Positions 1 to 9,950 are shown, numbered from the stretch's first letter. The stretch is 64,000 nt of DNA from Candidatus Lustribacter sp. (GCA_965277805.1 OZ255842.1:512001-576000), one strand, 5' to 3'. Notes: generated by a model from the letters alone, not told the origin. Program-made: numbers and translations.

Positions 1-840
1 GATCAGCTGGACCTCGATCTGAAGACCAAGCGCTACAACGCCTGTCAAGCGGCGGTCGCCGAAGTGGCAAAGCGCTACGCCGCCTGCGGCGCCAACGCGG
101 CGATCATCCTCGGCAACGATCAGCGCGAGGTGTTCAAGGACGACTTCACCCCGGCGTTCCTCGTGTACGCGGGCAAAGAAATCCAGAACATTCATCCGGA
201 TGAAGAAGAGACCGAGCGCCTCGGCACGATGGGTCTCGCCGTCGCGCTGCCGGGTCACGTTCCGCCGGGCGGCGCCGTCTATCCGGGTGCGCCGAAGATT
301 GCCGAAGCGATCGTCGATGCGCTGATGGACCGTGAGTTCGATGTCTCGGTTTCCTATGAGCTGCCGGAGTACAAAGGGCATGCGCACGGAATTCCGCACG
401 CCTTCGGGTTTATTTTCCGGCGCATCATGAACGACAACCCGCCGCCGACCGTGCCGATCTTCATGAACGTGGGCGAGGCCCGCAATCAGCCGCGCTTGCC
501 GCGCATGATCAAGTTCGGCCACGCGATCAAAGAAGCGATCGACGCATTGCCAGACGATCTCAACATCGCGATCTTCTCATCGGGCGGGTTCACGCACTTC
601 ACGATCGACGAAGAGTTCGATCACGCCGTGATGGCCGCGATGAAGCAAGGCGACGAGGACGCGCTGCTCAAGTTCCCCGAGTCGTGGTTCTGGGGCAACA
701 CGTGCGAGACGAAGAGCTGGTACCCGATGGTGGCGGCGATGAACGACTACGGCCGGAAGATGGACATCATCGATTACGTGCCATGCTACCGTTCCGAAGC
801 CGGTACGGGTCAGGGCATGATCTTCGCTAGCTGGAACTAA
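1..840 (+). CDS. Class III (LigB-family) extradiol ring-cleavage dioxygenase, DesZ/LigZ-like; 5' partial
   Basis: Frame is open from base 1. Motifs IILGNDQRE, GIPHAFGF, SSGGFTHFTIDEEFD, GNTCETKSW and C-terminal YVPCYRSEAGTG are typical of the DesZ/LigZ subfamily. Confidence 0.8.
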   Translation, partial: DQLDLDLKTKRYNACQAAVAEVAKRYAACGANAAIILGNDQREVFKDDFTPAFLVYAGKEIQNIHPDEEETERLGTMGLAVALPGHVPPGGAVYPGAPKIAEAIVDALMDREFDVSVSYELPEYKGHAHGIPHAFGFIFRRIMNDNPPPTVPIFMNVGEARNQPRLPRMIKFGHAIKEAIDALPDDLNIAIFSSGGFTHFTIDEEFDHAVMAAMKQGDEDALLKFPESWFWGNTCETKSWYPMVAAMNDYGRKMDIIDYVPCYRSEAGTGQGMIFASWN

Positions 841-2147
841 TGCTCACCGAGGAACGCAACCGGCTCTTGGGCCAGACCAGCGCGGGGACGCCGATGGGCG
901 ACCTGCTGCGCCGGTACTGGATGCCGATCGCCGGCGTGAGCGAGCTCGAGAAGAATCCGATCAAGCAAGTGCGCTTGATGGGCGAAGACCTCGTGCTCTA
1001 TCGCGATCTCGGCGGGAAATTCGGCTTGGTCGACCGCCACTGTCCGCACCGCCGCGCCGACCTCTCGTACGGCTTCGTCGAGGAGTGCGGGCTGCGCTGC
1101 AATTACCACGGCTGGCTCTTCGACAACGACGGACGCACGCTCGAGCAGCCGTTCGAAGACGTCGCGAATCCCGATGCGCACTATCGCGACAAGGTGCGCG
1201 TCAAAGCGTATCCGGTCGAAGCGAAGGCCGGTCTGTTGTGGGCCTATCTCGGGCCGCTCCCCGCACCGCTCGTGCCGAACTACGAGCCGTTCTTGTGGGA
1301 GAACGGGTTCGCGCAGATCGTCATCTCCGAAGTTCCGTGTAACTGGTTCCAAGGTCAAGAGAACTCGATCGATCCGGTGCACTTCGAGTGGATGCACCGC
1401 AACTGGAGCATCCGGCTGCGCGGCGAGACCGGGCCGTACGCGCCGCGCCATCTCAAGATCGCGTTCGATGAGTTCGAGTGGGGCCACACCTACCGGCGCG
1501 TCACCGAAGACGCCGGCGAAGACGATCCGTTGTGGACCGTCGGCCGCGTGTGCCTGTGGCCGAACGCGCTCTTCACCGGCAGCCACTTCGAGTGGCGCGT
1601 GCCGATCGACGACGAGAACATGCTCAGCGTGACGTGGCATTTCAGCCGCGTGCCGAACGAACGCGAACCGTACGTGCAAGGCACGATTCCGACGTGGCAC
1701 GGCCCGGTCAAGGATGCCCTCACCGGTAAGTGGATCACGAGCCACGTCATGAACCAGGACTTCGTTGCCTGGCTGGGTCAGGGCGCGCTCGCCGACCGCA
1801 CCAAAGAGCATCTCGGAACGAGCGACCGCGGCGTGATCATGATCCGCAAGCGCTACCTGGACGACATCGAGGCCATCGCGCGCGGCGAGGATCCGAAAGC
1901 GATCGTGCGCGATCCCGCGGTCAATCGCCGCATCGATCTTCCGATCGTCAACAAAGACGTCTTCATCAACGGGCTGCCGGCGAGCCAGTACGCGAACAAG
2001 GTCAACAGCGTCGTCGCGCGCAGCTACATCTTCCAGGTCGGTCAACCCGACGAGGTGCGGCACGCGTGGGAAGACGCGATGGGCTTCGAACGCGAAGAAC
2101 CCAAGGGCGGCGTGCTCGAACTGCTATCGGCTACCCGTAGAGCCTAA
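840..2147 (+). CDS. Rieske non-heme iron oxygenase alpha subunit (LigXa / phthalate 4,5-dioxygenase-like)
   Basis: Rieske CPHR...CNYH; mononuclear Fe ENSIDPVHFEWMH and MNQD; N-terminal GTPMGDLLRRYW; TAATG overlap with the upstream gene. Confidence 0.9.
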   Translation: MLTEERNRLLGQTSAGTPMGDLLRRYWMPIAGVSELEKNPIKQVRLMGEDLVLYRDLGGKFGLVDRHCPHRRADLSYGFVEECGLRCNYHGWLFDNDGRTLEQPFEDVANPDAHYRDKVRVKAYPVEAKAGLLWAYLGPLPAPLVPNYEPFLWENGFAQIVISEVPCNWFQGQENSIDPVHFEWMHRNWSIRLRGETGPYAPRHLKIAFDEFEWGHTYRRVTEDAGEDDPLWTVGRVCLWPNALFTGSHFEWRVPIDDENMLSVTWHFSRVPNEREPYVQGTIPTWHGPVKDALTGKWITSHVMNQDFVAWLGQGALADRTKEHLGTSDRGVIMIRKRYLDDIEAIARGEDPKAIVRDPAVNRRIDLPIVNKDVFINGLPASQYANKVNSVVARSYIFQVGQPDEVRHAWEDAMGFEREEPKGGVLELLSATRRA

Positions 2148-4157
2148 CCCCGCGTAGTCGACGACGCTGCCGGGCCCGCGCTTCTTGGCGGTCACCAGCG
2201 CGTCGTGCGCCAGCGAGAAGATCGCGTCCAGATCGGGCGCATCGTCGGGCGCAACCGCCATGCCGATGCTGGTGGTGAGCCCGATGAACTCCTTGCCGTG
2301 GCGGTCGCCGGTCGAGAACGGTTGCGAGAACGCCGTGAGAAATTCGTGCGCGCGCAGCTCGGCGGCCGCGCGGGTCTTCGGGTTGGGCACGAAGATCGCG
2401 AAGACGTCGCCGCCGATGCGTCCGGCGAACTCTTTGCCGCGCGTTCGCGCCCGCAGCGAGGCGGCGACCTCGACCAGCAGCGCATCGCCGATCATGTGAC
2501 CGTACGTCGCATTGATCGTGCGGAAACCGTTGATGTCGACGAGCACGAGAGCGTAGCGATCGCTCTTCGTCTCCAGGTTGGTCATCCGCGCCTGCGAGCG
2601 AAACTGCGAACGGTTGAGCAGCCCGGTGAGCACGTCGTGGCTTTGCTGATACTGGATGCGGTCGAACTGCCAATTTTGCTGCAAGTGATTGGCGAAAAAC
2701 GACGCCAGGACGTCGACATACGCCAGGTCTTGGTTGCCGAAGGGCTTCGAAGGTGGATGATTCGATGCAAAGGCCAGCGCGTGCGTCGTCCCGCCGGCGG
2801 CGAATGTGGTGGCGATGTAGGAGCGCCAGCGCGCGGATTTCCCGAGCGCCCCGGCGAGAGCGTCGAGTTCGCGCTCGTCCCAGCACCGCGCGGAGCCTTC
2901 GTTGCCGATCAATCGGCCGACGATCGTGTCGGCGAGCGGAATCGTGCTCCCGAGACTCCATCGATCGCGCGAAGCCGCGTCGACGAACGGCGCGTTGATG
3001 ATCGCTTCGACCACCAGCTCGTCACCGTCGATCCGCAGAAGCGCACCGAAGTATTCTTGGCCGCGCCGGATCGAAGCCGAGCCTTGGCGCAGCATCGCGA
3101 GGAGCAGCTCCTGCTCTTTCAAGCGCGGGTTGTTCACGATACCTGAAAGCGCTTCGAGCCGCTCGGCGTGCTCGCGCGAACGTTCCTCGGCATCGCGCAG
3201 CACCGCTTCGAGCGCGTCGACTTGGAGCTGATGCGCGAAGAACGCGCCGATCAACTCGACGTAGGCGAAATCTTCGCTCGCGAACGGCTCGGCGGTAACC
3301 TTGGATGACGCGAACGTGAGCGAGTACGTTTTATCGCCGACAAAAAATTGTGTGGCCAGCACGCTCCGCCACCCCAACCTGTGGGAACGCTGCGCGCCGG
3401 GGTCCTCGAGGAGGAGGTCGCTCCAGGCGCGCGTGCGGCCGGCCTGCAACTGGTTGACCGTGCCCGCCGCCGCCACCGGCCGGCGACTGCCGACCTCGGG
3501 TGTGAGCGTCGCCGTGCTCGTGCTTGCGACCGCAACCGCAACGACCTCGTTGGATTCGATCCGGCCCAGCAGCGCGCAGAACGGTTCGCCCGGACGAATC
3601 GCTTCGGCGGACTGCTGCAGCATCGCGGCGATCACTTCCTCGGCGTTCAAGGACGGATTGTTCGCGATCGTCCACAACGTCTCGAGCCGGCGCGCTTGCC
3701 GGCGTGCACGTTCCTCCGATTCGACCAGCGACTGCTCGAGTTCTTCGACGTGCAGGGCCAGCAGTTTGTGTGCGTCGCGCAATGCCAGCATCGTCGTGAG
3801 GCGCGCTTTGAGCTCGTCCCGGAAGATCGGCTTGCCAACGAAGTCGTTCGCTCCCGCGATCAGCACCTCGGTGCGCATACCCGCGTCGGAATCGCCCGTT
3901 ACGATGATGATCGGGACGTCGTGATGGCGCGGATCGGCGCGCAACAGGCGCGTCATCTCGAGGCCGTTGGGAGCAATCATGTGAAGGTCGAGCACGAAGC
4001 AGTCGGCATCGTGGTCCGCGCACCACGCGAGACATTCCAGCGACGAGCTGAATGGGTGCACGATCGCGCCGGGCAGCCCTTCGATTGCGTCGCGCAGCAC
4101 GAACAGCGATGTGGCGCTATCGTCAACTACGACTACGTTGTGAACCAATCGCGGCAT
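2124..4157 (-). CDS. Response-regulator receiver + tandem GAF-like repeats + GGDEF-domain protein (GGDVF variant)
   Basis: REC motifs VVVDD, VLDLHM, GANDFVGKP; two internal repeats (RLETLW/RLEALS); HDVLTGLLNR, DINGFRTINATYGHMIGD, RIGGDVF. Start placed at ATG 4157. Confidence 0.85.
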   Translation of the reverse strand: MPRLVHNVVVVDDSATSLFVLRDAIEGLPGAIVHPFSSSLECLAWCADHDADCFVLDLHMIAPNGLEMTRLLRADPRHHDVPIIIVTGDSDAGMRTEVLIAGANDFVGKPIFRDELKARLTTMLALRDAHKLLALHVEELEQSLVESEERARRQARRLETLWTIANNPSLNAEEVIAAMLQQSAEAIRPGEPFCALLGRIESNEVVAVAVASTSTATLTPEVGSRRPVAAAGTVNQLQAGRTRAWSDLLLEDPGAQRSHRLGWRSVLATQFFVGDKTYSLTFASSKVTAEPFASEDFAYVELIGAFFAHQLQVDALEAVLRDAEERSREHAERLEALSGIVNNPRLKEQELLLAMLRQGSASIRRGQEYFGALLRIDGDELVVEAIINAPFVDAASRDRWSLGSTIPLADTIVGRLIGNEGSARCWDERELDALAGALGKSARWRSYIATTFAAGGTTHALAFASNHPPSKPFGNQDLAYVDVLASFFANHLQQNWQFDRIQYQQSHDVLTGLLNRSQFRSQARMTNLETKSDRYALVLVDINGFRTINATYGHMIGDALLVEVAASLRARTRGKEFAGRIGGDVFAIFVPNPKTRAAAELRAHEFLTAFSQPFSTGDRHGKEFIGLTTSIGMAVAPDDAPDLDAIFSLAHDALVTAKKRGPGSVVDYAGLGSTGSR

Positions 4158-4260
4158 CAGCGCACCCTTTCGCTGCCGTTCGCTCTCTACAAGGTTCGAA
4201 ACAAGCGCGGGAAATCCGCTCGCGGGCGGGTTTCGCAGCCGCGTCCGGAAATCCAGCGGA

Positions 4261-5694
4261 ATGCCCGCGGCCTCCCTTCGCACGAAGACGTTTCTCCCAT
4301 GGCTCGTTGCGGTTGCCTTTTTCATGCAAGCGCTCGACACGACAATTCTGAATACCGCGGTGCCGGTCGTGTCGAAGGCGCTGGACGTATCCCCGTTGGC
4401 GATGCGCGCCGTATTAGCCAGCTACGCGTTGAGTTTGGCCGTCTTCATTCCGATCAGCGGCTGGATGGCCGATCGTTTCGGAACGCGAGCGGTTTTCGCG
4501 TGGGCGATCGGCTTGTTCACGCTGGCGTCGGTGCTGTGCGGTTTCTGCAGCAATATCCATCTGCTCGTTGCTTGCCGCGTGCTGCAAGGCTGCGGCGGCG
4601 CGATGATGGTTCCCGTTGGGCGACTCACGCTCGTGCGGACGTTCGCAAAATCCGAACTCGTCGGGGCAATGAGTTTCGTTGCGATTCCTTCGCTGATCGG
4701 GCCGATGCTCGGACCGGTGGCCGGCGGTCTGATCGTGGCCTATCTCAGTTGGCGGTTTATCTTTTTTTTGAATCTGCCGATCGGCATCATCGGGTTGATT
4801 TTCGTCTTCATGTATCTGCCCGACTATCGTGAGAAGAAGACGCATCCGCTCGATTTTGTGGGGCTGATTCTGTTCGGCTCCGGGATTTCGCTGCTCTCGT
4901 ACGTGCTGGAAGTCTTTGACGATCACACGCTGGCGATGGGCGATATTCTGTGGCTCTCGGCGCTGTCGATCCTGTTGATCGTCGGCTACGGTCTGTATTC
5001 CGCCCGCGCGGCATACCCGTTGCTCGATTTGACGCTCTTTCGCATCCGCACGTTCACCGCGGCCGTGAGCGGCGGCTTTTTCACGCGGCTGGGTATGGGC
5101 GGCGTGCCGTTCTTATTGCCGCTGTTGTATCAGGTTGGCCTCGGGTTCACGCCGGTGCAATCGGGCCTGATGATCATGCCGCAATCCATTGCGTCGCTCG
5201 CGACGAAGTTCGTTCTGCCGCGCATTTTGAATACGGTCGGCTACCGCGCGGTGCTGATCTCCAACACGGTGATCACGGGCGGCATGATCATGCTGTTCGC
5301 AACGATCGTTCCCGGTACGCCCGTATGGATGATCGTGGGGATCGCCCTTTGTTACGGCGCTTTCCAGTCGCTGCAACTGACGAGCATGAACACGCTGGTC
5401 TACGCCGACATCCCCTCGGCCAAAGCCAGCAACGCCAGTTCGATCGCGAGCACGCTGCAGCAGCTCTCGATCAGCTTCGGCGTTGCGGCGGCCGGCCTGA
5501 CCACGGCATTTTTCATCCCGGCCGACGTGCGTTCGAACCCGCTCCTGTTCATCAACGGCGTGCACAAGGCGTTCCTCGTGCTCGGCGCCTTCACCGTGCT
5601 ATCGACGGTCGTGTTCCGGCGCTTACGCAAGGGCGACGGCGACGCCATCGGCCATAGCAGCAGCGAGACCAGCGAGGTCGCGGTCGCGTCTTAG
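4261..5694 (+). CDS. MFS DHA2 (EmrB/QacA-family) efflux transporter
   Basis: FMQALDTTILNTA, GWMADRFG, RVLQGCGGA, GPVAGG, WRFIFFLNLPIG; about 14 hydrophobic segments. Confidence 0.9.
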   Translation: MPAASLRTKTFLPWLVAVAFFMQALDTTILNTAVPVVSKALDVSPLAMRAVLASYALSLAVFIPISGWMADRFGTRAVFAWAIGLFTLASVLCGFCSNIHLLVACRVLQGCGGAMMVPVGRLTLVRTFAKSELVGAMSFVAIPSLIGPMLGPVAGGLIVAYLSWRFIFFLNLPIGIIGLIFVFMYLPDYREKKTHPLDFVGLILFGSGISLLSYVLEVFDDHTLAMGDILWLSALSILLIVGYGLYSARAAYPLLDLTLFRIRTFTAAVSGGFFTRLGMGGVPFLLPLLYQVGLGFTPVQSGLMIMPQSIASLATKFVLPRILNTVGYRAVLISNTVITGGMIMLFATIVPGTPVWMIVGIALCYGAFQSLQLTSMNTLVYADIPSAKASNASSIASTLQQLSISFGVAAAGLTTAFFIPADVRSNPLLFINGVHKAFLVLGAFTVLSTVVFRRLRKGDGDAIGHSSSETSEVAVAS

Positions 5695-7550
5695 GGGTAC
5701 TGCTCGACGCCGATGTCGCTGTCGCCGCTGAGCGTGCCGGCGACAAGGATGGAGCCGGAATATCCGGGCGAGAGGAAGATCGGTCGCGTCGCATCGAGCG
5801 AGCTGACGTCGATCGCCGGATCGATCACCGAGTTCGAGACCGGATCGTAGGCGATGACGCGCGACGTCGGTCCGTTCTTGACCACGATGTAGCAGCGTCC
5901 GTCGGTGCCGACGGCAACATCGTAGGCATCGGTTTGCGCTCCGCCTGCGCCGATGGTGCCGAACGCGAGCTGATCGGACAACGACGCGAGCGTCGCGACC
6001 TTGGTCGCCGTGACCGCGTATAACGAGTAGATCTCGAGTGCTTTACCGGCACCATACGCAACCGCGTACGCGCCGGCGGCGTTGCCGGCGACGACCGAGC
6101 CGGTGTAGCCGGGATCGACCGATGCCTGCGCAATGGGCCCGGAGAGGATATGATTGCTTACGACGTTGGAGTTCATCACGCCGATGCCGCCCGAATTGGA
6201 ATATCCGGCATACACGTAGGGTGAGATTCCGACGGCGACGCTATGCGGGAAGTACGGCAGCGTCAGGACCTGGGTCCTCACCGACGGCTGACCCGTGAGC
6301 CAAATTATTTGGTCGACGTTCCCGGTCGTTGAATCATCGGTTTCTGCGGCGTACACCTGGCCTGGAATGACCGTCTGATCGGTGGAGGTGAACGCAACGA
6401 CGTTGTGCGTAATCGGGCTGCCGGTGTTGTACTCGCTGTTCAGATAGGCGGTCGGGCTGAAGGCCCATTGCCCGGGACCGTTGCCTTGGTCGATCCACGA
6501 TGCCATAATGTAGCCCGAACCCGGGGTCTGGTACGCCGGATAGAGATTGAAACTCGAGTAGCCCACCTCAGGCCAAGCCGTCGCGTTGTTGTACGATGCC
6601 TCGGCGATGTTATCTTGACCGAAGGAGATGCTACAGCAATAGCCGACCGCGTAAACGGTGTCGAAATCGTTGCCGGAGATGCTGGTGACGCTGCTCGCGG
6701 AGAGCGAGCCGTTCGAGTGCCATGTTGAGAACACGGACGGTGCGTACGAACGCTGCGCATAGATCGGCGCGTCCGTGGCATTTGAAAGCCTCGCGTACGT
6801 TGACGTGCCGATGGTCGCGGCCCCGTTCGGGCAGAAGTACAGGGGTGACGCTGCGGTCCAGTTCGGGAACGATGTCGCCGTCGGCGAGCACGAGGGTGAG
6901 CTGGAGAACGCGCCGTTGACCGTGCCGACCGCGGTCAGGGTAAGGGTGATCGGGTTGCCGCTTTGATCGACGAGCGGCTCGCTGCCGGTAATCGCGGCCC
7001 CGCCGTTATCACTGTAGCTCTGCGTCAGTTGCACGGCAGTGGTCGAGCCCGCGGGAATGAGTGGGACCGTAAAGCTCATCGATGCCGGCACCGGGTCGAG
7101 GACGATCAACGGTACCGCATTCGTCTGGCCTTCGGTGATCGTCGCGGGTGTGGGGTTCGAGCCGATGGCGAGCGTATCGGCGTTCGCGTCCTCGAGCGTA
7201 ATCGTGAACGTGACGCTGCCGGCAGGCGAGCCTACCGGAACCGTGCATGCACGGCTGTTGTCCGGTTCGGTGACGCAGTCCGCTGCGAGCTGCGGGTTGC
7301 TCGTGACGCTTTGCGACATCGTGTTGACCGCCATGACGCTGAGCTGCGTTGCGGCCGGCGAGATGAACGCCGGTTTGCGTTTGATCGCCGACGCCTTGCG
7401 CGCCGGGATCGTGAACTTCAACGTTGCCGTTGCCTGCGGCGCGATTGCCGTCGTCTGGGAACTCGGCGCGGGCAACGGGGCGTGGGAGCCTGAGCCGCCG
7501 CAAGCGCAGAGCGCACAAGCCAAGAACAGCGCCGCACAAGAGGCTCTCAT
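5691..7550 (-). CDS. Hypothetical secreted lipoprotein, Ser/Thr/Gly-rich and beta-rich
   Basis: Signal peptide with lipobox-like ALCA-CGG; coding-like codon usage; start at ATG 7550 with TAATTT 7 nt upstream. Confidence 0.7.
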   Translation of the reverse strand: MRASCAALFLACALCACGGSGSHAPLPAPSSQTTAIAPQATATLKFTIPARKASAIKRKPAFISPAATQLSVMAVNTMSQSVTSNPQLAADCVTEPDNSRACTVPVGSPAGSVTFTITLEDANADTLAIGSNPTPATITEGQTNAVPLIVLDPVPASMSFTVPLIPAGSTTAVQLTQSYSDNGGAAITGSEPLVDQSGNPITLTLTAVGTVNGAFSSSPSCSPTATSFPNWTAASPLYFCPNGAATIGTSTYARLSNATDAPIYAQRSYAPSVFSTWHSNGSLSASSVTSISGNDFDTVYAVGYCCSISFGQDNIAEASYNNATAWPEVGYSSFNLYPAYQTPGSGYIMASWIDQGNGPGQWAFSPTAYLNSEYNTGSPITHNVVAFTSTDQTVIPGQVYAAETDDSTTGNVDQIIWLTGQPSVRTQVLTLPYFPHSVAVGISPYVYAGYSNSGGIGVMNSNVVSNHILSGPIAQASVDPGYTGSVVAGNAAGAYAVAYGAGKALEIYSLYAVTATKVATLASLSDQLAFGTIGAGGAQTDAYDVAVGTDGRCYIVVKNGPTSRVIAYDPVSNSVIDPAIDVSSLDATRPIFLSPGYSGSILVAGTLSGDSDIGVEQYP

Positions 7551-7612
7551 AGGCGGCAAATTAGGCAACTTCGGCGCCGCTTCCCTCGAAGTCCGGCCAG
7601 GTGTGCGCCAAG

Positions 7613-8785
7613 CTATTTTTCCAGCGGATCCCTCACGTGCGGATAGGTGGCGATGGGCGTATTCTGGAGCGTGCCGTTGACCTTCTCGACGCGCCGGATG
7701 TCGATGTTTTGGATGAGATCCCGCGTTTGCGGGTCGATCTCAATCGGACCCCGCGGACTTTCGAATTTCAATGCCTTCACGAGCGCCATCGTCTTATCGG
7801 GATCGAGGATTCCGTTTTGGGCGGCGGTGACTTTGTAGATGGCCTGCAGTGCATCGTAGGTGGCAACGTCGTAAAAATCGGGCGCCGGGATGGCCGGATC
7901 GGCGTCGTGCATGCCGCGTTTGAAATCGGAGTTAAGCTTCGAGTTATGCACGACCGTGTAGTTGGCCGCGCTGTAGATGCCGAGCGCATCATCGCCCAGC
8001 GCCGGTAACGCCAACTCGTTGGTCTCGATGCCGGCGAGCAGCTTTATGCCGGTCTGAGCGCCCCCCGAAGCATGCCATTGTTTGATGAACGGGGTGCCCT
8101 GCGAGATGAGGAAGATGAAGACGGCCTGCGGTTTCGCTTCGCGGATATGCTGGATCGACGCCGAGAAATCCGTCGTGTCGACCGGTACGCCTTCATCGCC
8201 GGCGATCTTGCCGCCGCCGGCCGTGAACGCCGTTTTGAAACTCGTCGCCGAGTCGATGCCCGGGCCGAAGTTGAGGTAGAGCATGTAGACGTTCTTGAGG
8301 TTGTTCTTGAGCGCCCAGTCGGCGAGCGGATAAATCAGCTGTCCTTGAGCGAAGGCGTAACGCGACGTGTATGGGTTGCCTTCGAGAATGCCGTAGCCGC
8401 CGTTGACGAAGAACGTCGGTTTCTTAGCCGCCGTCGACACCGCACCCAGCGCCTTTTCGTTCGGTGCATAAATCGAGCCCATGAGGAAGTCGACGTGGTC
8501 GCTGACGATCAGCTCTTGGGCGAGACGTTGTGCGTTCTCGGGCGAGAGGCCGCCGTCATCGCGAATGATGACGTCGAGCTTCCGGCCGGCTACCGAGTCG
8601 CCGTGTGCTTTGATGAAGGCCGCGATGGCCGCTTTTGCGGCTTCGCCTTGCTCCGTGAACGGGCGCGAGAACGTCGAGACGAACCCGACGCGCAGCGGTG
8701 GCTGGTCGGCTCCGGCACCGTGCGGTACGTTGAGTGCGGCAAATACGCCGATGGATAGTGCGGTTGCTGCTAGGAGGCGATTCAT
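7613..8785 (-). CDS. ABC transporter solute-binding protein, Liv/aromatic-compound type
   Basis: Signal peptide; IIRDDGG..PENAQRLAQELIV; FESPRGPIEIDPQTRD. Confidence 0.85.
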   Translation of the reverse strand: MNRLLAATALSIGVFAALNVPHGAGADQPPLRVGFVSTFSRPFTEQGEAAKAAIAAFIKAHGDSVAGRKLDVIIRDDGGLSPENAQRLAQELIVSDHVDFLMGSIYAPNEKALGAVSTAAKKPTFFVNGGYGILEGNPYTSRYAFAQGQLIYPLADWALKNNLKNVYMLYLNFGPGIDSATSFKTAFTAGGGKIAGDEGVPVDTTDFSASIQHIREAKPQAVFIFLISQGTPFIKQWHASGGAQTGIKLLAGIETNELALPALGDDALGIYSAANYTVVHNSKLNSDFKRGMHDADPAIPAPDFYDVATYDALQAIYKVTAAQNGILDPDKTMALVKALKFESPRGPIEIDPQTRDLIQNIDIRRVEKVNGTLQNTPIATYPHVRDPLEK

Positions 8786-8828
8786 CGTGGAGGTCGCCGT
8801 TCGCCGCACCGTTGAACCGTACATTGCA

Positions 8829-9947
8829 ATGATTTCGAGTTGGCGTGACGACCCGCGTCAAGCAACGCATCCGCTCTTCAACGAGAACGCACTCAAATTG
8901 GGATTGTTCGGACTGAACGCGGGCACCCAGGCGATGACTGTCGCGCCCGGCCAGTACGTTGCCGATTGGGATCGCTGTTCCGAGATCGTCGGAATCGCCG
9001 GTGGGCTCGGTCTGGAAGCGATGGTCTCGCTGGTCAGCTGGGGTGCAAAACCCGAACTCGAACCGTTCGCGTGGGCGACCGGCCTCGGCGCGCTGCACCC
9101 CGGCCCGGCGTTCGTTTCGACGATGCACGTGCAGCTGAACCATCCGACGTTCGTAGCGAAAGCGTCGGCGACCGTGCAGGCCGTGACGCACGGCCGCTTC
9201 GCGCTCAACATCGTCGCCGGCACAAATCCGGATACGTTTCGGGCGTTCGGCGCGGCGATGGAAGATCACGAAACGCGCTACGCGCACGCCGCGGAGTTCA
9301 TGGATTTGCTGAAACGTCTTTGGACGGAAGAGGCACCGTTCGATTTTAGCGGCCGTTTCTACCAGATCCCCAAGGCGGTATCGTTGCCCCGGCCGAGCTT
9401 TGGCTTGCCGCCGATCATGAATGCCGGCACATCCGATCGCGGGCAGCACTTCGCCGCGAAATATGCCGACTTGGTGTTTACGCACGTCGAAACGGACATG
9501 GACGATGCGCGCGTCCAACTCGCGGCGATCAAGGGACTCGCGCGCCGCGAATACGGCCGCGAGGTGCAAGTCTGGACGCACGGCTACGTGGTGGTTCGCG
9601 ACACGCAAGCCGAGGCCGATGCCTTTCTGCAGTACTACGCGGTCGACCACGCGGATACCGAACGGGTCGCGCGCTGGGTGAAGACGCTCGGCGAGAACGC
9701 GCAATCACAATCCGCGGCCGAAAAGTGGAAAGTCGCGCGCAATTGGGCCGCCGGGGGCGGGGTCGACCTCGTCGGAACACCCGAAAGTATCACGGAAAAA
9801 TTGCAGGCGCTCTCGCGCGCCGGGCTCGACGGCATCTTGCTCAAGTCGATCGAACCGGAGTTCATGCTCGAACGGTTCGGCCGCGACGTTTTGCCTCGCC
9901 TCGAGCAGGCCGGTCTGCGAAAACCGAGTAAGGCGCTACCCAGCTAG
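8829..9947 (+). CDS. Luciferase-like (LLM) flavin-dependent monooxygenase
   Basis: LKLGLFGLN, HPTFVAK, GRFALNIVAG, PPIMNAGTS..GQHFAAKYAD, LVGTPE. Start ATG 8829. Confidence 0.88.
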   Translation: MISSWRDDPRQATHPLFNENALKLGLFGLNAGTQAMTVAPGQYVADWDRCSEIVGIAGGLGLEAMVSLVSWGAKPELEPFAWATGLGALHPGPAFVSTMHVQLNHPTFVAKASATVQAVTHGRFALNIVAGTNPDTFRAFGAAMEDHETRYAHAAEFMDLLKRLWTEEAPFDFSGRFYQIPKAVSLPRPSFGLPPIMNAGTSDRGQHFAAKYADLVFTHVETDMDDARVQLAAIKGLARREYGREVQVWTHGYVVVRDTQAEADAFLQYYAVDHADTERVARWVKTLGENAQSQSAAEKWKVARNWAAGGGVDLVGTPESITEKLQALSRAGLDGILLKSIEPEFMLERFGRDVLPRLEQAGLRKPSKALPS

Positions 9948-9950
9948 CAG

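Noticed and set aside
837-2063. 408-aa antisense ORF and many similar long antisense or alternative-frame ORFs (e.g. 3348-4832, 21770-23251, 40400-42169)
   Set aside because: Shadow ORFs expected from high GC3 bias; each overlaps a gene with clear family motifs and has none itself.
4158-4260. c-di-GMP riboswitch upstream of the GGDEF gene
   Set aside because: A hairpin is present but the conserved GEMM features (GGCAAA/GAAA loop, GACGCAAA, tetraloop receptor) are not.
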